From the IMG/VR virus record IMGVR_UViG_3300001868_000027, positions 1-24,935 of that record: DNA of 24,935 nucleotides. One strand, written 5' to 3'. Source of the stretch: a virus. Lineage: Duplodnaviria > Caudoviricetes. A model generated the notes under the pieces. That model made no database searches, had not been told where the DNA came from, and saw only the letters and a program-made list of their open reading frames with translations. The position numbers and the translations under genes are program-made. This document shows, one piece after another, positions 1-8,338 of this stretch (position 1 is the first letter of the stretch; each line of letters opens with the position of its first letter).

Positions 1-1434
1 CGCGGCTACAAATCCTGTAACCACCGGAACTTCAGCAGTCCAGTTATACGACAATACTAAATTTTTCCCCTGAGTAGCAACTAACGTTAAAATCCGTGAA
101 TTAGGATCGTATGACCAGCTGTTTATGGGATTCGTTCCGTCTGTGAGTGCGATCGCATTCGGCACTGCTGAATGAGGTAGTACGATCATCTGTTGACTGC
201 CTGTAGCAGTTCCTAAGCTTGCACCTGTGACGGTTCCACCTGGTTTAATTAACTGTACTTTCACAGCAGATACGCCTTGTACCGCCTGCCCTGGAGTCTG
301 ATAGGTAAATTCAGTACTGTTTATTCCCGACTCATAATTATAGGTGTCTGTACTACCTTTGACCATGGGTAGCCAAGTTTCTGTTTGCCAGTTGCATTGA
401 TACGATGCAAAAATTGTTACACCTACGGGTGCAGTAACAGATACTTGATTCGTTGCAGTATTATAGTCGTACGATCCTGCTGGGCTACTTCCGAAATTTA
501 TTTGCAATGTATTATGATTTATTCCTGTATCAGTGAGCTGTATTGTCTGTCTAATGCCTGTGCCTGTGCCAATGTTAAGCATAGTGCGCTGAGTAGGCTG
601 AGAACGAAATGATACAAATGCCGCCAACTGTGCATCAAATAATTTTTGGTGTTTGACTAATAGCCTTACCCCGCTCATTCCTTCGGGGAATGTCTCAGTA
701 TTACTCATCAATTCAGCAAGCGTACCTGAAACATTTGCGTTATTTGTACGGTATGAAACGGTAACATTATTAACCTGGGCCGTCGACGTTCCAATTGTTG
801 GCGATTGATATACAGCCTGAAATTGAATTTGACTAGCTTTTTGATTGGCAATAGCCGACAGTGCCTGAAATGGCGACCAGACACCAGCTTGTTTTAAGGA
901 TGCTGTTACCGTTACACTACCACTATTTGTTGTCGTGACATTAGCTGTAGCGTTGACTACGGTTACGTCTTGACTCGCCAAGGTATAAATGGGAGATAAG
1001 CCTGTATAAGACGTAAGGGATTGATTACTGTGTCCAATAATCCCCAACTGTAAGGTTGGGTAGGTTGCTGACCCATCACCGGGAGCAGTCAAGGCAATTG
1101 CTGGTGTAACTTTTTGCCCCACGAAACCTGCTACAGCGGTAATAGCTTGTAAATCAGCTACAGCATTACCTTCTGCTAGAATTGAATTTACAGTAATAGC
1201 CTGTGTAGGTAATGCTGTCAGGGTAGCCACCCCAACGCCAGTTAATTTGTACCATATACCGGCGATCTGAAATGCTATTCTGCGGTCAGTGCCATTAGCT
1301 TGTTGCCCGGATGTAGTAAAACCATCTACTGAAGTAAATGCGGAACAATCTAGGGGTACCTGTGCAATAAGCAACCCTGTTTTAGTAAATGTAAAACTAT
1401 CTGTACCATAACGTATCGTATTTGTCGTTAACAT
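1..1434 (-). CDS. Putative tail fibre-associated/distal tail protein, partial (open at the left edge, at least 478 aa)
   Basis: Absent from the ORF track because it has no stop in the window. ATG at 1434 directly follows the TAA of the upstream gene (TAAATG). My translation is open to base 1: MLTTNTIRYGTDSFTFTKTGLLIAQVPLDCS...LVLSYNWTAEVPVVTGFVAA. Thr/Val/Gly-rich beta-type composition; function inferred from position. Confidence 0.85.
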   Translation of the reverse strand, partial: MLTTNTIRYGTDSFTFTKTGLLIAQVPLDCSAFTSVDGFTTSGQQANGTDRRIAFQIAGIWYKLTGVGVATLTALPTQAITVNSILAEGNAVADLQAITAVAGFVGQKVTPAIALTAPGDGSATYPTLQLGIIGHSNQSLTSYTGLSPIYTLASQDVTVVNATANVTTTNSGSVTVTASLKQAGVWSPFQALSAIANQKASQIQFQAVYQSPTIGTSTAQVNNVTVSYRTNNANVSGTLAELMSNTETFPEGMSGVRLLVKHQKLFDAQLAAFVSFRSQPTQRTMLNIGTGTGIRQTIQLTDTGINHNTLQINFGSSPAGSYDYNTATNQVSVTAPVGVTIFASYQCNWQTETWLPMVKGSTDTYNYESGINSTEFTYQTPGQAVQGVSAVKVQLIKPGGTVTGASLGTATGSQQMIVLPHSAVPNAIALTDGTNPINSWSYDPNSRILTLVATQGKNLVLSYNWTAEVPVVTGFVAA

Positions 1435-3519
1435 TTATACCACCACCCCTGTGTAATCTGCTGTTGTAAGTGAATTGCAGTAGATGAAACAGGTACCACC
1501 ACCACCACCACCACCACCATAAGTAGTGACATTCGTTATCGAACCACCTGGGCCTCCGCCAACCGCATAACCACCAGTTCCCCCTTCACCTGTCCCACTA
1601 CCTACATTATCTTGATAGTGCACACCACCACCACCATACCCCGCTCCACCATCCTTACCCGGTTGAGAAGGACCTTGCCCAGTGTAACCACCAGTCCCCC
1701 CTTGCCCCCCTGTACTAAAGGCTTTTTGAGTAAAATTGGTTATTGTATCTAATACAGCAAATATACTAGCGCCACCATTTGCCCCAAGTTCCCCTATTCC
1801 CGTATTAGTAACAACGTCACCCGTAGCTGAATATGCAGGTAGCCCCCCCGCATGACCTCCGTAGCCCGTGCCGTTAAAACCACAATACCCGCCACCCGTT
1901 GTCGAATACGTATTATCCCCCCCAAATAGACTACCGTCACCTGTAGCACCTATACGGCTTGCAGAATTTAAGAGGAGTTGTTTAGCGACAATAAAAATAG
2001 CACCATTCCCCTGAGAAATTGGTAAGGAGTCTTTTTGTTGTCCTGAGCATTGCTTAGTTAATACCGGACGTAATATATTATCTTTGGTAAGACCTTTGTT
2101 TACCAAGTTAATTTGACCGCCACTTAAATCAAGTAAACCGTTAGCTTTTAAAGCTAAAATTCCACCAATCTTTTTGATATTATCCCATGCTAGTGTGCCT
2201 GTATAGCTAGTCGATATAGTTAAATTACCGAAACGTGGAACAGTTACTAGCTGGCAGGAATAATCAGTCAGCGACACCGTAAACGGTACAGGTATCGCAA
2301 ATGTGATAGTATTACCATTTACACTTAAAATTTTTGTGCAGAAAAACTTGCCCAATAAGGAACTATCTGTGCCACTAGTTACTTTAGTCGAAACATAGAA
2401 CATCACTTCTGAACCTGCAACAAATGTATCATATATACCGTTAGACACATTAGCCATATTTACTGTAGCTAGATTACCAATTATCGCTGTAACAGGGACA
2501 TAACTGTTAAGTTGTCCAGAAGGATTCACAATAGTACCTAATATACCGTCTCCGAAGTCTTTTACACCTAGGGTGTTTACAAGACGTGTCTTATCAGATA
2601 TGCAGTCCTGTGCGTACAAACCTTCGTCATTAGGTAGTAGTGTATTTGTTGCAATATAACACCGACCATAACCCGCCCCCGCGTTTTTACCTTTACTAAT
2701 TATAGAAGGCAGAAAATTAAGTATAGAGTCCGCCACTATCAAAATAGTACTGCCACCCTTTGCAAGTGTAGGGGTATTTAGACTAGCTCCATATGGAAAG
2801 TAAGCCACGCCTGCCGTTATATTACCAATACGAGTCGTAGCACCACCTAATGTATTATCTACAAGTTTAGCACCTATAAAAACCGCACCGTCACCACTAT
2901 TTAATAAAAACTGTCGCGCTGTAATATGATTCTCCCACCCTGTAGTTTTTCCTGTAGTTGTCATCTCAGTTTCTTGCGCTGTTAAGAGCCGTAGTGCTAA
3001 GTTCGCTACGGGGATGCCCTTATCAACTAAGTTAATAGTCCCACCTGATAGAACCAACGAAGTTTTACATTTAAAAGCAAGAATGCCGCCATATTTATTT
3101 GCAATACTGTAGGCTATCGGGGCAATACTACCACTAGACAGTGTTAACGTGTCAAATTGGGCAATGGTAAACGCTTGTACAATGTAAGGTGTCAAGTCAG
3201 CAGTTACAAATAATGTAGTAGGGTCAGCTGATAAGGTTAAAACCGATCCAGCTACAGCCGTTATCGTGGCAACCATAGACTTCCCTGACTTCGTGGCATC
3301 TGTACCGGATGCCACCGCGCTAGCATGAAGCATAATCTCTTTACCGACTGCAAAAGTTTCATAAACTCCATTGAGTGGCGTACCAATGGTGATTTGATTT
3401 GTCCCTGCAGTTCCGATGCCCGTAACATTTGCGTATGAGTTTATCTGTCCAGCAGGGTTTGTTACAGCACCCAGTGCACCAGTACCATAACCGTTTGTAA
3501 TTGTTTGATCAAAAGCCAT
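1435..3519 (-). CDS. Putative receptor-binding/tail fibre protein, 694 aa, two tandem homologous domains, Gly-rich C-terminal part
   Basis: AAGGAGG RBS before the ATG; follows the tail-fibre gene; internal duplication with ~310 aa offset (YGTGALGAVTNPAGQINSY / FGDGILGTIVNPSGQLNSY; GGILAFKC / GGILALKA). Confidence 0.8.
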   Translation of the reverse strand: MAFDQTITNGYGTGALGAVTNPAGQINSYANVTGIGTAGTNQITIGTPLNGVYETFAVGKEIMLHASAVASGTDATKSGKSMVATITAVAGSVLTLSADPTTLFVTADLTPYIVQAFTIAQFDTLTLSSGSIAPIAYSIANKYGGILAFKCKTSLVLSGGTINLVDKGIPVANLALRLLTAQETEMTTTGKTTGWENHITARQFLLNSGDGAVFIGAKLVDNTLGGATTRIGNITAGVAYFPYGASLNTPTLAKGGSTILIVADSILNFLPSIISKGKNAGAGYGRCYIATNTLLPNDEGLYAQDCISDKTRLVNTLGVKDFGDGILGTIVNPSGQLNSYVPVTAIIGNLATVNMANVSNGIYDTFVAGSEVMFYVSTKVTSGTDSSLLGKFFCTKILSVNGNTITFAIPVPFTVSLTDYSCQLVTVPRFGNLTISTSYTGTLAWDNIKKIGGILALKANGLLDLSGGQINLVNKGLTKDNILRPVLTKQCSGQQKDSLPISQGNGAIFIVAKQLLLNSASRIGATGDGSLFGGDNTYSTTGGGYCGFNGTGYGGHAGGLPAYSATGDVVTNTGIGELGANGGASIFAVLDTITNFTQKAFSTGGQGGTGGYTGQGPSQPGKDGGAGYGGGGVHYQDNVGSGTGEGGTGGYAVGGGPGGSITNVTTYGGGGGGGGTCFIYCNSLTTADYTGVVV
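1495..1518. repeat. Perfect trinucleotide repeat (ACC)8, i.e. (GGT)8 on the coding strand, encoding Gly8
   Basis: Read directly from the sequence. Confidence 0.95.
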
Positions 3520-3534
3520 TTTTGAAGTCCTCCT

Positions 3535-4764
3535 TTAAACCAGAGTTACATTGCCGTTAACGTCAAAAGCAATGCTACCTGTGATTGTATATGATGCGAT
3601 ATTAGCCTGCGTAGTAGTTAAACTTGCAGTAACCGGATTATTGGCATTAACGCCTGACCAAATTGTTGTTGGTGCCCATGTTGATACGGACTGATTACCA
3701 GCCCCTTGTGCATTACCACTACCCAGTATTCCCACGGTACCTGGTATAATCTGCGCTGTTGATCTGTATAACATAGCTGTTGCTGTGTTATAGGTATTGA
3801 CGATATTATTGGCAAGCTGCGCCCTTAAAGTCGTACCGTTTTGGATTACCGCTGTAATTTGTACTGATTCTTGGTTAACTCCGTCTGTGACCGTGTACCA
3901 GCTGCCTTCGACTATGCCTTGAAGAGTTGCAACCCCTAACGAGTTGCTACCAGCACCAACACTAGTAACTTGACAGCTAAAAACGTCAGCGTTTGTGGTT
4001 GGGCAAAACTCCTCGGCAACTAATGCGTTGTAATCTGGGTAGGTCTGCATTGCCTGCATATATAATGCAACGTTTGATAGTTCTCGGTTTGTTGCATCGA
4101 TCTGCGCTGCCATGACCGGGATTACGTTTGCATTGCCGCCCAGGATTGCCGCCTGTGCATCTGCCAGCGCCATGGGATGCAACTTACCGTCAGCCGCTTG
4201 TTGTACCCAAAAATGTGTAGTGGTGGTTGTTTGTAAACCCTTCTGCAGCCAGTAAGGATGTGGATCAGTAGGGCTATTTACGTGGTTTGCAACAGAGGCC
4301 TGACTAGCAAATGTTAAATTCGGATCAACATCCACGGTGATACTAGTCGTCTGGCCAATCTTCGTGACAATATTTAAATTGGAATTTACTAAATTCGGTC
4401 CATTGCCAGCGGGGATATAATCCGAATAAATGCCGGCATTATCTACGCAGTATAAAATTTCACCTACATCTGGATCAGTTGCAAACAGACCAAATTCGCA
4501 AAAATCAAATCCGGTGGCTAAGCTTTGATTGTTTAAATTTGCCAAAATGCTTGATGTCCCATCGCCATTTACTGAATCTGATACAATCGATAGATTCATC
4601 TTTGGATTAATCAGAGCCGTTAGATCCTGCAGGTTCTGCCCACTAGTGAGTTGCCCATCACCTGCTGCCACTCGCGTAAACTTCAACGTAGTGAGGCCAG
4701 CCAGTACTTTGCTTAATAGTTGCATGCCTTTCGCAGTAACAACTGTTCCATTCCATTGTGCCAT
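3535..4764 (-). CDS. Baseplate-attached tail fibre protein (P2 gpH/DUF3751-like tail-collar N-terminus), 409 aa
   Basis: Start reassigned to MAQWNG (ATG 4764, AGAGGGGG RBS). N-terminus VVTAKGMQLL...FTRVAAGDG...EFGLFATDPDVGEILY is typical of fibre attachment domains; followed by the H-x-x-x-x-x-DPHP motif of gpH-like fibres; lies after the XkdU-like gene. Confidence 0.85.
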   Translation of the reverse strand: MAQWNGTVVTAKGMQLLSKVLAGLTTLKFTRVAAGDGQLTSGQNLQDLTALINPKMNLSIVSDSVNGDGTSSILANLNNQSLATGFDFCEFGLFATDPDVGEILYCVDNAGIYSDYIPAGNGPNLVNSNLNIVTKIGQTTSITVDVDPNLTFASQASVANHVNSPTDPHPYWLQKGLQTTTTTHFWVQQAADGKLHPMALADAQAAILGGNANVIPVMAAQIDATNRELSNVALYMQAMQTYPDYNALVAEEFCPTTNADVFSCQVTSVGAGSNSLGVATLQGIVEGSWYTVTDGVNQESVQITAVIQNGTTLRAQLANNIVNTYNTATAMLYRSTAQIIPGTVGILGSGNAQGAGNQSVSTWAPTTIWSGVNANNPVTASLTTTQANIASYTITGSIAFDVNGNVTLV

Positions 4765-4765
4765 T

Positions 4766-5473
4766 CTATATTCCCCCTCTTGGTAAAACTGTGATTTGAC
4801 CGCCATATCCCATAGCCGTGATGGCCATCAGACTACAAGTAAGTTGTCTAGTCGATGATAATCCTATTGTTTGATCTCCGCCCATGCGCTGTGCTGCACC
4901 AATATAAAATCCTGTATTAATCTGATTTGTTCGATGTAATCCAATACTTTGAGTACCACCTAAAAAAGCAGCACCACCGATATACAAATTTGTTTGGTCT
5001 GCGCGATCAAGTTCAATTTGCATAGCCAAATGCGCTGGTTTATATAAATTCAATGCTTCAAACATACCATCGAAATTAACGATGTTGTTACCGGCAACCT
5101 GAACAGTAAATCTATAGCGACTATTATCTTCAGTCACTTTTACTGCTGTGTCTACATCCACATACCGTTTTAACAACAACTGTAAAAAATCAATTGTGCT
5201 AGTTTGTGTGCTCTGATATCGGAGCAAAATTCTATTTCTCCGTGCTTGGTAATCATCGGTTGGCTTTTGTGTTATTCCTAAAATTCTTTCGTACCTTGCC
5301 AGCCCCCATGTAGCTGTCTTGATAAAAAATTGATTAAAAACATCCTGCAGGGCTTCCCGAATTTTTTCATGTTCAGCACTACAGGTATTTGCAACATATT
5401 TAAAATTCATGTCTGATTGCAGGAATTCGGGCAGGTATTTTAAAATATTTACTTCGTTATTACGTAGCCACAT
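4766..5473 (-). CDS. Baseplate wedge protein, XkdU/YmfQ (DUF2313)-like
   Basis: Motifs YLPEFL, QFFIKTATWGLARYERILGI, YKPAHL; follows baseplate J. Confidence 0.9.
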   Translation of the reverse strand: MWLRNNEVNILKYLPEFLQSDMNFKYVANTCSAEHEKIREALQDVFNQFFIKTATWGLARYERILGITQKPTDDYQARRNRILLRYQSTQTSTIDFLQLLLKRYVDVDTAVKVTEDNSRYRFTVQVAGNNIVNFDGMFEALNLYKPAHLAMQIELDRADQTNLYIGGAAFLGGTQSIGLHRTNQINTGFYIGAAQRMGGDQTIGLSSTRQLTCSLMAITAMGYGGQITVLPRGGI

Positions 5474-6512
5474 TCAATGTCACCGTCCCACAAATCGGCA
5501 ATTCTTCGTCGCTGATTGTTATATTAGTTGTGCCATCGTTTATCTTTAACTTACTGTAATCTGTTATACCTGTGGTACTCAGTAGAATTTTTCCGATTTG
5601 CGCAATAGAAACATATGTCATGCTAAAACCGTTGGCTGTGAGATAGGTATTAACCGCTGTGGTAACCGCATCAATATCTGCTATGCCGGTTATGTCGGCA
5701 ACTATGTTGATTGCCAGCGGTGCCGGACTTGTCACCGTTACTGTCGCGCCGATCGGTCGCACTGACTCAATATAGGCTATCACGTCTGCGATCAAATCGT
5801 CACTCGCCGTTGCACCGTCTGAATTGATAATGACTACTTTTACCGTACCAGCTCCATTCCATAAAGGTATGACCTTTGATTGTCCAACGCCAGTAACTGA
5901 TAGCGCCCACTGCAAATAGTGATATTTGTTTCCAGACGTCGCAGGAGTTCTTACTTTTAATAGATACCTTTCCAGCAACGCAGCGTCTGTCTCTTCTTTG
6001 AAGCCGTCGTATGTTGTCGCCAAATTCGTGCATGAAGTAATCCCCGGCATGCTCATTGGGATATTTACAATAGTTCCAGCTTCTACATTGCCAACCGCGC
6101 CTGCTACACCACACTCAATGTTAATCGTAACTGTACCATCCGCGCTAACTATTGCATCGCCTCTGGAATAAAATTTAATGTCCTGTTCCGTTGCAAACAG
6201 ACTGCCCGTGACAATGCTTGATCCCGCCGTCCCAGTGACCTTTAGTTTGCCAATCGCTTTGGCGGCTTCTTTTCGAATCACACCAAATTCAGCTGCCCGC
6301 GCCGTAAGGTATTCGCCCCAACTTGTATCGGCAAAATTAGCCTCAATCATCAAATTCATTTCAGCATAGGCTTGCTCAAATTCTATAGCATTAGCTGTCA
6401 ACATATCCGCATTAAAGGTACCTTCGATACTGGATTGACCATTTAGCATTGTTGCTAAGTCCGCTTTGAGCCGGGTTAAAATATCGGACTTGCTTTGCGT
6501 TTCAAAACTCAT
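5460..6512 (-). CDS. Baseplate J/gp47 family protein (XkdT-like)
   Basis: Motifs GEYLTARAAEFGVIRK, GAVGNV, ETDAALLERY, SGNKYHYLQWAL, WNGAGTVKVV, RPIGATVTV; 350 aa. Confidence 0.95.
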   Translation of the reverse strand: MSFETQSKSDILTRLKADLATMLNGQSSIEGTFNADMLTANAIEFEQAYAEMNLMIEANFADTSWGEYLTARAAEFGVIRKEAAKAIGKLKVTGTAGSSIVTGSLFATEQDIKFYSRGDAIVSADGTVTINIECGVAGAVGNVEAGTIVNIPMSMPGITSCTNLATTYDGFKEETDAALLERYLLKVRTPATSGNKYHYLQWALSVTGVGQSKVIPLWNGAGTVKVVIINSDGATASDDLIADVIAYIESVRPIGATVTVTSPAPLAINIVADITGIADIDAVTTAVNTYLTANGFSMTYVSIAQIGKILLSTTGITDYSKLKINDGTTNITISDEELPICGTVTLNVAT

Positions 6513-6528
6513 TTATTTTTCACCACCT

Positions 6529-6951
6529 TTAACTACTGGATACCGCCAGGCTACCATAAACCGTTGTCAAGCTGATCGTAAAAGCTAGTACATCACTATC
6601 ATTAGTAAAAGTAATATCATCAATAGACTTAATATAAGGATTGATCAGTAAGGCTTCTTGTATATACCGCTCAACCTCCATTGCACTATCTGCATTGTTG
6701 GTACTTTTCCCTATAAACTGTTCTAACTCAACACCGTATGCGTTATCGTATGCCCTATACCGCCAGCGCTCGGTTGCCAATGTTTTATATATCCAAACTT
6801 TCAGTGCTTCATTTTCGGTAACAATTTTATGCTTGCCGGATTCAAAAATAAAACAATTATTTGTAAAATCCCAGGCATACTCCGTGAATATCGACAAACT
6901 ATTGTCGCTTATACTGTCTGCTGTTGTACCGCTTACAAAAGGATTCGCCAT
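6529..6951 (-). CDS. Baseplate wedge/sheath initiator, XkdS (DUF2634)-like
   Basis: Motifs EYAWDF, EALKVWIYKTLATER, YGVELE, EALLINPYI, TVYG. Confidence 0.9.
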   Translation of the reverse strand: MANPFVSGTTADSISDNSLSIFTEYAWDFTNNCFIFESGKHKIVTENEALKVWIYKTLATERWRYRAYDNAYGVELEQFIGKSTNNADSAMEVERYIQEALLINPYIKSIDDITFTNDSDVLAFTISLTTVYGSLAVSSS

Positions 6952-6963
6952 ATTACCACCACC

Positions 6964-7374
6964 TTATAAGTGGACTATCTTATCTAAAATAATATACTGC
7001 TGACTACTGCCATCTTCGCTGACCATCGGCATAATGCTGACATAATCACCAGTCTTAATGGTATCCGTATAAATAATGGTATCGGTGTAATCATTATCAA
7101 TATCATGCGTATGACTTGCAAATTCAGCATCACCGCCCCCGCCACTGCGCGGTTGTGTTTCACTCTTTGTATGTCCCCTTGCTGTTCTGCCATGCCCAAT
7201 CAGCAGATACTCACTGATCCAAACGTCTTTTTTGTCTAAAACAATTCCATTATAGCTGACCTGTATTTCAGGCGGCGAGGCAATAATTTTTCCAATCTTA
7301 ATGGATGGCGAATTGGCGCTCTCACTCACGCCCTTTATGATATCCAGAATTGTACTACATGGATTTTCACGCAT
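6964..7374 (-). CDS. Baseplate spike protein, XkdR (DUF2577)-like
   Basis: IGKIIASPPEIQV, GDYVSIMP...QQYIILDKI OB-fold pattern; internal SHTHD; synteny between hub and XkdS-like genes. Confidence 0.85.
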   Translation of the reverse strand: MRENPCSTILDIIKGVSESANSPSIKIGKIIASPPEIQVSYNGIVLDKKDVWISEYLLIGHGRTARGHTKSETQPRSGGGGDAEFASHTHDIDNDYTDTIIYTDTIKTGDYVSIMPMVSEDGSSQQYIILDKIVHL

Positions 7375-8338
7375 TATTGACCACCTCTAAAAATTCAAGC
7401 TCCAAGTCCATTTTATGGACATTGCCGGAAATACTGTGACGATCACTGCGGATTGTAAACTTACCCTTAAGCTGTTCTTCCTGGATGATTATGCTGTAAC
7501 CAGTAATACATTGGATATTGCCGATGCCAGATAGCGATGATTTAAAAGCTACCGTTTTTAAAAGTGCTTTTGCCGCCGACTGTGTATCTTGCTTGCTATC
7601 TACTTTATAAACGTCCTGCAGCTTCCCATACGCGGCTAGGTCTGCACCATTGCTGACGGTGCCAATGCTAGCACCATTGTCATCAACGACCATGACCGTA
7701 TTGATCATATCCTCTATGGATTCGCTGTGATTTGTGCATTCAATGTTCACGTTGTCGCTGGCCGTGTAGTTCTCGATTGTTTTAGATCGCTCAACCACAT
7801 ACAATTTATCTTGATTCATGTACATGCTATATTGCTTCTGATTTTTCCAATATGCCATATCAAACGCTTTTTTGATGATTTCTGTGCAAGACATGTTATC
7901 CGCGATAAAATCAACGTATACGCCAATATTACATATACTGCCGATCTCAATATTCATTTCGTTGGCGACCTGTTGAATTACGGATTCGACTGTAATATTA
8001 GTAAATTTCCGCGTGGTCTTTGACTTCGCCAAATAAATCAATTTATCATAGGCCACAAAATCAAAAGTAGAATTGGCCGTATTCCTTTGGCGCATAAAAA
8101 TAACGCCGCGAAAAATTTCAATCGGCGTTGCTTTTTTGTTATTATCATCGGTATAGTACAAATAAACAGTATCACCAGCAATGATATTTTGATTCACGAA
8201 AATTTTGTCCTTCGTATTGTAGGCAATCGGAAAATCCAGCTTACGACCAGCCTGGCCAATATCCCCCGACCAATTATAAGAAAGAACATAATTCGAAATG
8301 TCTTTGTCGTTAACCTTACAGCTGAATATTTGTATCAC
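7367..8338 (-). CDS. Baseplate hub protein, XkdQ/YqbQ-like
   Basis: WSGDIGQAGRKLDF, IFRGVIF, AYDKLIYL, YGKLQDV motifs; 323 aa; GTG start; synteny. Confidence 0.9.
   Translation of the reverse strand: MIQIFSCKVNDKDISNYVLSYNWSGDIGQAGRKLDFPIAYNTKDKIFVNQNIIAGDTVYLYYTDDNNKKATPIEIFRGVIFMRQRNTANSTFDFVAYDKLIYLAKSKTTRKFTNITVESVIQQVANEMNIEIGSICNIGVYVDFIADNMSCTEIIKKAFDMAYWKNQKQYSMYMNQDKLYVVERSKTIENYTASDNVNIECTNHSESIEDMINTVMVVDDNGASIGTVSNGADLAAYGKLQDVYKVDSKQDTQSAAKALLKTVAFKSSLSGIGNIQCITGYSIIIQEEQLKGKFTIRSDRHSISGNVHKMDLELEFLEVVNNA

Noticed and set aside
1435-1950. Possible diversity-generating retroelement variable region at the end of the receptor-binding candidate
   Set aside because: No template repeat or reverse transcriptase in the window, no near-identical DNA copy seen, and no C-type lectin-like motif.
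1-4764. Invertible tail-fibre cassette driven by the serine recombinase
   Set aside because: All fibre genes are co-oriented, I found no copy of site I or inverted crossover pair here, and the recombinase is ~20 kb away with a res-type site. A cassette beyond the left edge cannot be excluded.
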